Source: an uncultured Vicinamibacteraceae bacterium
Lineage (GTDB): Bacteria > Acidobacteriota > Vicinamibacteria > Vicinamibacterales > UBA8438
DNA: 64,000 nucleotides
Direction: 5' to 3'
Assembly: GCA_964646815.1 (NCBI GenBank)
Contig: CAZYFH010000012.1
Span: 16,641 to 80,640 of the forward strand
Below are positions 1 to 7,857 of this stretch, piece after piece (positions within the stretch are counted from its first letter, which is position 1; every line of letters begins with the position of its first letter). The notes beneath the pieces are model-generated. The model saw only the letters and a program-made list of their open reading frames with translations. It did not search any database and was not told where the DNA came from. A program made the translations under genes and the position numbers.

Positions 1-157
1 CCAGTTCGTTGACGACGCCGAAATGGTGGAGATGCTTGGGAGCGACGACCTGATGCGGAAAATGCGAGCCGGCTCGAGTCAGGCTCGGAAGCGGCCGGGC
101 CGCTTCGTTGGGTGGCGACCAGTATCTTCGAGACCGAACAGTTTGCGCGCGACCTGA
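1..157 (+). CDS. Possible type II antitoxin gene, 3' end only (runs off window start)
   Basis: Open frame from nt 2 to TGA 155-157 (..FVDDAEMVEMLGSDDLMRKMRAGSSQARK..). It overlaps the GTG at 112 of a RelE/ParE-like remnant. The call rests on context and a weak resemblance to Phd/YefM-type C-termini. Confidence 0.3.
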   Translation, partial: QFVDDAEMVEMLGSDDLMRKMRAGSSQARKRPGRFVGWRPVSSRPNSLRAT

Positions 158-345
158 AACGGATTGCGAGGTGATCGCAACTGCAGTCACATCCGCACTT
201 CGGTCCTCATGTCCTCAAGTTTAAGAGCTATCCGCCAGAAACGTGGCGATGCCGAATCGGCGCGTGGTGGTTCTTTTACGAAATCAATGACCTGGATTAG
301 GTGGCATCCATGACAGCGGCAGCCCACCGGGGCGCGGCCCGCTGA
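112..345 (+). pseudogene. RelE/ParE-family toxin remnant with in-frame stops
   Basis: A single frame from GTG 112 reads VATSIFETEQFARDLKRIAR*SQLQSHPHFGPHVLKFKSYPPETWRCRIGAWWFFYEINDLD*VASMTAAAHRGAAR*. The FxxxAxxDLKRI and WRxRIGxxxxxYEIxD...HR pattern is RelE/ParE-like. In-frame TGA at 172-174 and TAG at 298-300. An internal segment seems to be missing. Confidence 0.45.
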
Positions 346-420
346 GTGAGTATTCGTGTGTCTCGCGGGTTGCGCGAACGTGATAGAACTCCAGGTGTGT
401 CGGCGCGGCACTACCGGTTG

Positions 421-2961
421 ATGAGCGCACGGGACCCTCTGCGAGCGACGACTCGTTGCGTGGCCGCATCGATGCTCGCGCTGCTGCTCCCGGCTGGGCT
501 CGTGGCGGGCGGCGCGGGCGGGACCCGCTCGGCGACCCGATCCCAGGCCTCCCAATCGACGTCCGGCTCAGCTGACGTGACGTGGGACTTTGAGACCGGC
601 GACCTGCGCGGGTGGACCACGTCAGGCGACGCGTTTGTCTTCCAGCCCACCCGGGGTGACAACCCCGCCTCTCGCCAGTCCGCCTCCAACCACGAGGGCG
701 ACTACTGGGTCGGCACCTTCGAGCGGTACCAGGGTGGACCCACGGAAACGGCCGGCACGACACAGGGCGAACGCCCGCAAGGCACGCTCGACTCACCCGC
801 GTTCGAGATCCCGCCGGGTCCGCTCAGCTTCCTCGTCGGCGGCGGCAACGAGTTCGCGACCCGCGTGGAGCTCGTGGTGATCTCCGCAGCGGAGGGAGAG
901 AGTCGGGCGCTGCATGCCACTGGACGCGGTTTCGACGCGATGGAGCGGGTGACCTGGGACCTAACGCCATTTGCCGGGCAGCGCGGGCGGATCCGCGTCG
1001 TCGACGCGTCGTCAGGCGACGGTGGCTACATCAATATCGACGACATCCGGTTCGCGTCGATTACGGTACCGAACGTCGTGGGCCGCGACGAGGCGACCGC
1101 GCGCCGGGTGCTCGAGGGCCGAGGGTTGACCCTGGGTGCCGTCGAGCCGGTCGAGTCCCGCGTGGCCGAGGGACGCGTGCTTATGCAGGACCCCGGAGCG
1201 GGCGCTCGAGTCGAGCCGGGGGCGCCCATTGCCGTCGGCGTTGCACAGCTCGCGCTGGTGCCGGTACCGGACCTTGTGGGACGCAGCGAGTCGGACATCG
1301 ACCGGCTGCTCGACCGAGCGGACTTGTCGCGCGGACAGATTCGCCGTGAGGAATCAGGTCGGCCGCTAGGGACGGTCGTCTCGCACGTGCCGGCCGCGAA
1401 TGCGCGCGTCCCGATCGAAACCGCCGTCGATGTCGTCGTGGCGGTGCCGGTGACTGTACTGGTGCCGGATCTGGTCGGCCGCGACGTGGACGACGCCGAC
1501 CGGGTGCTGGTGGATGCGGAGCTCGAGCGTGGTCGCGTGCGTCGCGAGGAATCACGCCGGCCGCTGGGGACCGTTCTGTCGCAAGCGCCAGCGGGCGGTG
1601 ACCGGATCGCCATCGACACGGCGGTTGACCTGGTCGTGGCGACCCCGGTGATCGTAAGTGTGCCGGATCTCGTCGGCCACGAGGTCGCGGCCGCCGACGC
1701 GCTGCTGCGCGAGGCCGAGCTAAGACGCGGGCAGACGGCGACCGAGGAATCGCGGGAGCCTGAAGGCGTGGTGCTGGCGCATGATCCTCCCTCAAGCCGC
1801 CGGGTGGCGATCGAGACCGACGTCGATTTGGTCGTTGCAGCGCGGGTGACGGTGCTGGTCCCCGACCTCGTCGGCCGCGACGCGCCGGCCGTCGACGACC
1901 TCCTTCTGCGTGCGGAGCTGACGCGTGGCACGCTTGAGCGCGAGGAATCCAGGGAGTCGGTTGGCACTGTGCTGACGCAGACGCCGGTGGCCGGCACGCG
2001 GGTCGTGATTGAGACACCGGTGGCGCTGGTCCTCGCGGTGCCGCCGACGGTGGTCATGCCCGATGTCGCTGGCCTGGTGGAGGCCGAAGCGCTCGACCTG
2101 CTCGACGTCCACGAGCTCGGCCTCGGCGTGCTGGCGCATCGGGAGTCGCCGACGGGTATCGGTCGCGTCCTGGAGCAGTGGCCGGCGGCCGGCACCCGCG
2201 TCGACATCGGTACCGGCATCGACCTCGTCGTCGCTGCGATGGAGACCGTGGAGATTCCGACGGTCGTCGGCTTGTCGGTCGACGCGGCCCGCCAGGTCCT
2301 CACGGCGCTGCGGCTGGATATCGGTGACGAGACGCGACAGGCGTCCCGAACCGAAGAGGAAGGGATGGTGCTCGAGCAGCACCCGCCGGCCGCGACGCGG
2401 GTCGCCGTGGGTTCGGCGATCGGCCTAGTGCTGGCCGAGCCGGAGATGGTTGCGGTCCCGGCGATCGTCGGTCTCGGGGTTGACGAGGTTGCCGGCGCCC
2501 TCGACGCTTCGGGGCTGGTTTCCGGACACGTCGAGCAACGGTTCTCGCTGGAGCCGGGTGGTACCGTGCTTACGCAGAGCCAGCCGGCCGGCACTTTGTT
2601 GGAGTTCGGCGCGCCGCTTCCTTTCGGCGTCGCACGCGATCGGATCACCTGGGTGGGGCCGATTGGCGCGCTGCTGATCGTCGGTCTCGTCGGACTTGTG
2701 GCGAGACGGGTCAGGTTCGGGCGGACGAAGGAGCCGCCGGCGAGATCGACACCACCGCCGGAGGTGGCACCGGGTCTCGCCGTCGGCGTGCGAGGGCATC
2801 GCGATGCAGGCAGTCAGGGGATCCCCGACAAAGCGCGACCGACGACCCGCGTCGCCATTCGGCTTCGGCCACATGTTGACCGCGGCACGCAACAACTAGA
2901 GGTCGAGGGCACCGCCGCGAACCTTGGCCGATTGATAGCGCGCGAACGGAGGCAACGGTGA
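421..2961 (+). CDS. Membrane-anchored surface protein: signal/anchor, jelly-roll-like N-domain, 8 tandem PASTA domains, C-terminal TM helix and about 95 aa tail
   Basis: ORF 346..2961; ATG 421 gives MSARDPLRATTRCVAASMLALLLPAGL. Eight units of about 66 aa of type VPDLVGRxxxxAxxxLxxAxLxxGxxxxEESxxPxGTVLSQxPxxGxRVxIxTxVDLVVA match the PASTA consensus. Hydrophobic WVGPIGALLIVGLVGLVA near the C-terminus. The stop overlaps the next start (GTGA). Confidence 0.85.
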   Translation: MSARDPLRATTRCVAASMLALLLPAGLVAGGAGGTRSATRSQASQSTSGSADVTWDFETGDLRGWTTSGDAFVFQPTRGDNPASRQSASNHEGDYWVGTFERYQGGPTETAGTTQGERPQGTLDSPAFEIPPGPLSFLVGGGNEFATRVELVVISAAEGESRALHATGRGFDAMERVTWDLTPFAGQRGRIRVVDASSGDGGYINIDDIRFASITVPNVVGRDEATARRVLEGRGLTLGAVEPVESRVAEGRVLMQDPGAGARVEPGAPIAVGVAQLALVPVPDLVGRSESDIDRLLDRADLSRGQIRREESGRPLGTVVSHVPAANARVPIETAVDVVVAVPVTVLVPDLVGRDVDDADRVLVDAELERGRVRREESRRPLGTVLSQAPAGGDRIAIDTAVDLVVATPVIVSVPDLVGHEVAAADALLREAELRRGQTATEESREPEGVVLAHDPPSSRRVAIETDVDLVVAARVTVLVPDLVGRDAPAVDDLLLRAELTRGTLEREESRESVGTVLTQTPVAGTRVVIETPVALVLAVPPTVVMPDVAGLVEAEALDLLDVHELGLGVLAHRESPTGIGRVLEQWPAAGTRVDIGTGIDLVVAAMETVEIPTVVGLSVDAARQVLTALRLDIGDETRQASRTEEEGMVLEQHPPAATRVAVGSAIGLVLAEPEMVAVPAIVGLGVDEVAGALDASGLVSGHVEQRFSLEPGGTVLTQSQPAGTLLEFGAPLPFGVARDRITWVGPIGALLIVGLVGLVARRVRFGRTKEPPARSTPPPEVAPGLAVGVRGHRDAGSQGIPDKARPTTRVAIRLRPHVDRGTQQLEVEGTAANLGRLIARERRQR
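1066..2649 (+). repeat. Tandem array of 8 x about 198 nt coding repeats (PASTA units)
   Basis: Recurring GT(G/C)CC(G/C)GA(T/C)CT(G/C)GTCGGCCGCGA motif at a period of about 198 nt. Units 2-5 are the most similar at DNA level. Confidence 0.8.
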
Positions 2962-3572
2962 CCAGCCCGACATGCACGCTGCGCGACTTCTTCGCGCTCG
3001 CCGACGACGAACGGGTAGCACAACGCGTCGCGGCGCTCGGGTCGAACCCTGTGCTGTCCACGCTGGCCGAAACGGTGTCCGCGACCGCCGGGTCGGCCGG
3101 CTGGCTACGCGTGCTCATGGAGATCACGGGGGCGATCCCGGATCTACTGCAGGTCGATCTCGTCGAGGTGCTCGGTGAAGGGTGGAAGAACGGCGGCGCG
3201 CTCAGGTGCTTCGCTGACACCCAGCTTTACGCCCCCGAAGAGACGATCGTGGTAGAGCTGACGACCCATGTCGTGACTTCGCGACATCGACCGCGTCTCG
3301 AGGTGCTGCTTAATGACCAGCCGTGCGGCCAGCTCGACATAGAGGTTGACGTTGCCCTCCGGGTTGATGGCGCGGTGCTCACGATCAAGGCCGGCAAGAT
3401 CTGGAAGGCGACTACAGGCGCCTGTGCGGCGAGCGGCCGTATCACTTGTGCCGGGCAGACACTCAGCGGGCGGGAGTCCGTGCGGGTGCCGTTGCCAGAC
3501 GCCTTCGTTTTCGACCAACCGATTCCCATCGTACCGCAACGTGCAGGCTGGGAGGACACGCAGTTGTCGTAA
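2958..3572 (+). CDS. Hypothetical protein (no family recognised), translationally coupled to the PASTA gene
   Basis: 204 aa ORF whose GTG overlaps the upstream TGA (GTGA at 2958-2961). No signal peptide seen. Codon third positions are GC-rich. Confidence 0.6.
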   Translation: MTSPTCTLRDFFALADDERVAQRVAALGSNPVLSTLAETVSATAGSAGWLRVLMEITGAIPDLLQVDLVEVLGEGWKNGGALRCFADTQLYAPEETIVVELTTHVVTSRHRPRLEVLLNDQPCGQLDIEVDVALRVDGAVLTIKAGKIWKATTGACAASGRITCAGQTLSGRESVRVPLPDAFVFDQPIPIVPQRAGWEDTQLS

Positions 3573-3636
3573 CGGTTGCTGAGGTATTATCTCGACGGTG
3601 CGCGATCCGCGGGGCACGCTGTCCGGGAGGAAACCG

Positions 3637-4728
3637 ATGCGTAGAGGCGGATTCAGGACGAGCGTGGTTGGCTTGGGCGTTCTCATCGCGGCTGTCGGGG
3701 GGCCGGACGCACAGGAGGTCCAGCCGACTCGCGGATTGCGGGTGTTGGTGACGACGGCGCCCGATCGCGAGCAAGCCCTGTTCAATGCCGACTATGTGTC
3801 GATCGCAAACTCGGAGCTCCCGCTCGAGCCGATCGCACGCAGCGTACTGGCGCACTGCGGGTATGGTCCCGCCGACGGCGGCGGGTCTGTTGCCACGCTC
3901 ACGATTCGCGCGAAGGCCAACACCATCGGCGGTCAGTACAGTGACTGGCTGACGGCCTATACGGGTGCGGACCTTGAAGGAACGCTATCCTTCGTGGCGG
4001 CCGAGGGCGCGACGTTCATCTCCGCTTTCTCAGCGGTCCGGTATCCGACGCTTCTGTATCCGACCACGGCTGGCGCCGGTGTCGATGTGCGGGTACCACG
4101 GGCCGCGACGATCAACCCGGTGCTGCACGGCGACGTCAAGCGCATCCGGTCCGTGTCGGCCGTTGGCTCCCGTCCCCTGCTTGAGGGGAAGGTCTTCGTT
4201 GACGCCCTTCTGGACATCGTCCACGAGGCGTGTGGCACGGCGGGGCTCCGCCGAGCGTCTGACGACGGCGTATCGTCGTTGCGGACCGCGGCCATTCACG
4301 CGCTCGCGTCGCGCTCGGTCGGGGAGCCTGATGCACGCGAGTCGTTGCTCGCGAAACTGAACGACCCTGACCCCGCGGTGCACGGTGCGGTCGCCCAGGC
4401 GCTCTCTGACGCGGATGTGACGGCAGCGGCAGAGCCACTCCGGCGGCATTTAGCCTCCCGGCCACTGCATTACGAAGCGCGGGGATCGATGGAGCGAGCC
4501 ATCGCCCATCTGACCAACACGCCACTCGAGAGCCATGCGTGGCAGTCGCTGGCCCGATGGCACCTGATTGTGTGGGACACGTCGTCGAAGGCCGACGTTC
4601 GCGACCTGCTCGGTGAACCGGAGAGCATTGGGGGCGACGGAGAGTGGCGCTACGGCTCGGGTTGGGTTGCGTTCTCGCGTCCCGAGGATGGCGAGACCGT
4701 CACGCAGATTCGGTATCCGCACTACTAG
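3637..4728 (+). CDS. Secreted protein with HEAT-like repeats and a SmpA/BamE-like C-terminal segment
   Basis: ORF 3598..4728. ATG 3637 is preceded by GGGAGG and gives MRRGGFRTSVVGLGVLIAAVGG. DPDPAVHGAVAQALSDADVTAAAEPLRRHL is HEAT-like. The TAG stop lies inside the CTAG flank of repeat copy 1. Confidence 0.65.
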   Translation: MRRGGFRTSVVGLGVLIAAVGGPDAQEVQPTRGLRVLVTTAPDREQALFNADYVSIANSELPLEPIARSVLAHCGYGPADGGGSVATLTIRAKANTIGGQYSDWLTAYTGADLEGTLSFVAAEGATFISAFSAVRYPTLLYPTTAGAGVDVRVPRAATINPVLHGDVKRIRSVSAVGSRPLLEGKVFVDALLDIVHEACGTAGLRRASDDGVSSLRTAAIHALASRSVGEPDARESLLAKLNDPDPAVHGAVAQALSDADVTAAAEPLRRHLASRPLHYEARGSMERAIAHLTNTPLESHAWQSLARWHLIVWDTSSKADVRDLLGEPESIGGDGEWRYGSGWVAFSRPEDGETVTQIRYPHY

Positions 4729-4874
4729 TGGACTGTAACGGGTGAATCAATAGCGCTCACCAGCGCTGGACCATGTGTCAGCGCGATCACATACGGTGTG
4801 TGTAAGCTCCCTCATCGCGCCTTGCCAGCCGGGCGCCGGTGACTACTACTGATTCACCCGAGACAGGCCACTAG
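4725..4874. mobile_element. MITE-like element, copy 1 (core 4729-4870, flanked by CTAG at 4725-4728 and 4871-4874)
   Basis: Terminal inverted repeats TGGACTGTAACGGGTGAATC and (reverse complement of the right end) TGGCCTGTCTCGGGTGAATC. The core is shared with copies at 15418, 35247 and 48162. No ORF. Confidence 0.7.
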
Positions 4875-5100
4875 CCGCGTCGCTGTCCGTCCCCGGGCGG
4901 CATGAAGTCCTTAAGGTCGACGCCCAACGCATCCGGTTGATGTAGTTGAATTACGAGATGACCTGAACGGCGTCGCTGATCGGCGCCTCGTTGAACCCTT
5001 CCTCGCGTAGCGCGTCGACGTCGCCTTTGGTGGTTCCCCACGGTTCCCGCGTCAAGACGTCACTTCCGGTGTTCGCGCATTTCTCCGCCGGACGGCGCGA
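4871..5100 (-). pseudogene. AhpD/carboxymuconolactone-decarboxylase-family (peroxidase-related) gene remnant
   Basis: The minus strand reads ..REPWGTTKGDVDALREEGFNEAPISDAVQVIS*FNYINR, then in another frame DALGVDLKDFMPPGDGQRRG*. This matches the conserved C-terminus of peroxidase-related CMD proteins (..DVEALRxAGFxDxxIxDxxxVxxxFNFxNRxAxxLG..). It has one in-frame TAA (4947-4949 on the plus strand) where an aromatic residue is expected, and at least one frameshift. The final TAG is the right CTAG flank of repeat copy 1. The 5' extent is uncertain and may reach about 5390. Confidence 0.5.
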
Positions 5101-5450
5101 GTCGGCCACGAGTTATTGGCCGCGGATGTGGGCCGTGAGGGCTCGTCTACCAATATGAAGATACGTCGCGCGACGGCGTCCGGAGTGAAACGCACGAGGT
5201 GGTGGGCAAACTGGCGGAGGTGGGCAAGGTGGTCGTTGCAGGAGAATACGGACTCAGCAGCTCGGAGCGCAACGCGCGCGCCCTCGGCGACCTGGGCTCG
5301 AACACGGTGCGGTTGGCTACGGGAACGGTGGAATGCGGTGAGTGATCCTAGCAGCCTAGGCGGCGGGTGAACGGGGTGGTAAAGTGCCATGCGGGATGTG
5401 TAGGCGTCGCCTAGCAGATGCTTGAGCCTGAACCGAAAGGACGTTCGACG

Positions 5451-6794
5451 ATGACCACTATCAGATCCTGGGGCGTCCTGTTGCTCGCGGGTGCGGTCGG
5501 CGGCCTGCTGCCCGGTACCGCGGGCGCGGCCGAAGACGAGGTGCCGACCTTCACCAAGGACATCGCGCCGATCTTCCAGGCCAAGTGCGAAGCGTGCCAT
5601 CGGCCCAACTCGATCGCCCCGATGTCGCTTGCGACCTATCAGGAGTCGCGTCCGTGGGCGCGGTCGATCCGGGACCGGGTATCGACGCGGCAGATGCCAC
5701 CGTGGCACATCGACCGGACCGTGGGCATCACCGAGTTCAGCAACGACCGCTCGCTGACCGACGCGGAGATCGACGCGGTCGTCAGATGGGTGGACGGTGG
5801 CGCGCCGCGCGGGAACCCCGCCGATATGCCGGCGCCACGCGCGTGGCCGGACGAGTCGAAGTGGTATTTCGCGGATCAGTTCGGCGGGCCGCCCGATCTC
5901 ATCGTCAAATCTGAGCCGTACACGATGCCGGCCGAGGCGAACGACGCTTGGTGGAAGCCGGTTGCCGAGACCGGGTTGACCGAACCGCGCTGGGTGCGGG
6001 GCATCGAAATGCGACCCGGCAGCGTAGCTGGCCGGCGAATCACCCATCACGCAATCGCGCGACTCCAGCAGGAGGAGACCGATCCGCTGCTGCAGAACGA
6101 CGCGGCCATCGCCGACGATGATCCCCTCAACAACTCCGGCCTGTTCATGGAGTGGGCGGTCGGCAAGCAGGGCGAGCAGATGCGACCGGGCAGCGGCAAG
6201 CTGATGCTGCCGGATTCTCAGATCGTGTTCGACGTTCACTATTCGGCGGCAGGCGAGGAGATCACGGATCACGTCGAGCTCGGCATCTACTTCTATCCGA
6301 AGGGCGAGGAGCCGGAGAATCGACAGGTGCTCCACTTGATGGGCGCCACCGGTGGCGGGTCACTCGACATCCCGCCGCATACCGTCGCGGTGACGGAGGG
6401 CTTCTATCCGCTGAAACGGGCCGCGCGCATCGAGAGCTTCCAACCGCACATGCACCTCCGCGGCAGGGCGATGTCGATGGAGGCGATCCTCCCGACCGGA
6501 CGGATCCAGACGCTGAGCCACGTCGGGAACTTCAACTTCAACTGGCACAATAGCTACGTCTACGGTGCCGACGTCGCGCCGCTGCTGCCGAAAGGCACCA
6601 TCGTCAAGGTCACCGCGTGGCACGACAACACGGTCAGTAATCGCGCCAATCCTGACCCCAACGTCTGGGTGGGCTACGGCGACCGGACCGTTGACGAGAT
6701 GGCGCACGCGTGGGTCAATGTGACCTACTTCACTGATGAGGACTACGAGGCTGAGGTGGAGAAGCGCGAGGTGGCAAGAGCCGACGAGAACTAG
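5451..6794 (+). CDS. Secreted heme-c domain fused to a PHM/DBH-like copper monooxygenase fold
   Basis: ATG 5451 follows GAAAGGA and gives the signal MTTIRSWGVLLLAGAVGG. CxxCH (KCEACH) and an MPPWH motif near the N-terminus. HH (6045-6050), H (6237-6239), HxH (6447-6455) and M (6699-6701) are spaced 63/70/82 codons, against 64/70/70 for H108-H172-H242/H244-M314 of PHM. Confidence 0.7.
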   Translation: MTTIRSWGVLLLAGAVGGLLPGTAGAAEDEVPTFTKDIAPIFQAKCEACHRPNSIAPMSLATYQESRPWARSIRDRVSTRQMPPWHIDRTVGITEFSNDRSLTDAEIDAVVRWVDGGAPRGNPADMPAPRAWPDESKWYFADQFGGPPDLIVKSEPYTMPAEANDAWWKPVAETGLTEPRWVRGIEMRPGSVAGRRITHHAIARLQQEETDPLLQNDAAIADDDPLNNSGLFMEWAVGKQGEQMRPGSGKLMLPDSQIVFDVHYSAAGEEITDHVELGIYFYPKGEEPENRQVLHLMGATGGGSLDIPPHTVAVTEGFYPLKRAARIESFQPHMHLRGRAMSMEAILPTGRIQTLSHVGNFNFNWHNSYVYGADVAPLLPKGTIVKVTAWHDNTVSNRANPDPNVWVGYGDRTVDEMAHAWVNVTYFTDEDYEAEVEKREVARADEN

Positions 6795-6835
6795 TGGCCA
6801 TCCGTAGGGCAGGGCGTCAGCCGTGCCTCGCAGGG

Positions 6836-7786
6836 ATGAAGCCCTGCGCCATGACACCACGCTGGAGCCCAGAATTTTGGGCTTCGCGGAGGGTCAGAGT
6901 AACGATACCGATGTGGCTCGTGCGTTTCCTTGTCCCGCTCATCGCAGTCGCGCTCATGGTAGGACCGGCGGTGGTTGCCGAGGCGCAACCGCCCAGAGCA
7001 CCCCTGCCACTGGAACCAGAGGGCGATCGCGGCGAGGCAGTGTTTCCGGCTCTCGAGGGCTGGTACCGCAACGCCGACGGCAGCTACACGATCCTGCTCG
7101 GCTACTTCAACCGGAACATGGTGCCGGTCGACATCCCAGTGGGACCCGACAATCAGATCCAACCGGGCGGACCCGACATGGGGCAGCCGTCGCATTTTCT
7201 CCCCCGTCGCGGCTGGGGGGTGTTCGCGGTCACCGTGCCAGAGGACTTCGGTGACACGAGGCTCACGTGGACGCTCGTCGCCAACAATCAGCGGTCCGAG
7301 GTGTCGTTCTGGTTAAACCCCCCCTACTACGTCGATCCGTTCTTGAATCGGGCGAACGGCAACGAGCCGCCGATGCTCACGGTGAGATCTGGAGGGGGCG
7401 AGCATCAGGGGCCGCCGCGAGGCATTGCGACGACCTACATCGCCACGGTCGGGGAGCCACTGGTTCTGACCGCATGGGCCCGCGATAAGCCGCTCGTTGT
7501 GCCACCGCCGCCGCGCCGCAATCGCGGCGGTCAGCGACGCGAGCGTCCGCCACTAAGCGTCACCTGGCGAAAATTCCGTGGGCCGGGCGAGGTGACCTTC
7601 GATGAGGCGACGCACGAGTACGCGAGCCTCGAGGGCGGAGAGTCAACCGCCTCGGTCACGTTCGGCCAGCCAGGCGAGTACCGACTGGCGGCGACCGCCA
7701 ACGACATCTCGGGGAACGGCGGTGGCGGCGACCAGTGTTGCTGGACGACGGCGCATGTCGACGTGACCGTGACTCGGCCGCGGTAG
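6836..7786 (+). CDS. Secreted protein of unknown function (C-terminal GGGGDQCCW motif)
   Basis: ORF 6794..7786. Hydrophobic MWLVRFLVPLIAVALMVGPAVVAEA. The start is ambiguous (ATG 6836 or ATG 6911). It sits between the PHM-like and PAL-like genes on the same strand. Confidence 0.6.
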   Translation: MKPCAMTPRWSPEFWASRRVRVTIPMWLVRFLVPLIAVALMVGPAVVAEAQPPRAPLPLEPEGDRGEAVFPALEGWYRNADGSYTILLGYFNRNMVPVDIPVGPDNQIQPGGPDMGQPSHFLPRRGWGVFAVTVPEDFGDTRLTWTLVANNQRSEVSFWLNPPYYVDPFLNRANGNEPPMLTVRSGGGEHQGPPRGIATTYIATVGEPLVLTAWARDKPLVVPPPPRRNRGGQRRERPPLSVTWRKFRGPGEVTFDEATHEYASLEGGESTASVTFGQPGEYRLAATANDISGNGGGGDQCCWTTAHVDVTVTRPR

Positions 7787-7857
7787 ATTTTCGAGCTTGC
7801 ATCCGAAGGGCTCTCGGTGTCACGCTTTGCGCAGCGGGTTTGGTGGGAGGAATCTAG

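Noticed and set aside
1026-2648. Very long antisense ORFs: 1026..2648 (-), 7531..8958 (-), 11059..12462 (-), 39271..41412 (-), 44712..46346 (-), 51106..52236 (-) and most of 5052..6335 (-)
   Set aside because: Each lies opposite a gene with clear family motifs. Their products are Arg/Pro/Ala/Gly-rich, low-complexity sequences typical of stop-poor shadow frames in GC-rich DNA. They have no motifs, signal peptides or SD sequences.
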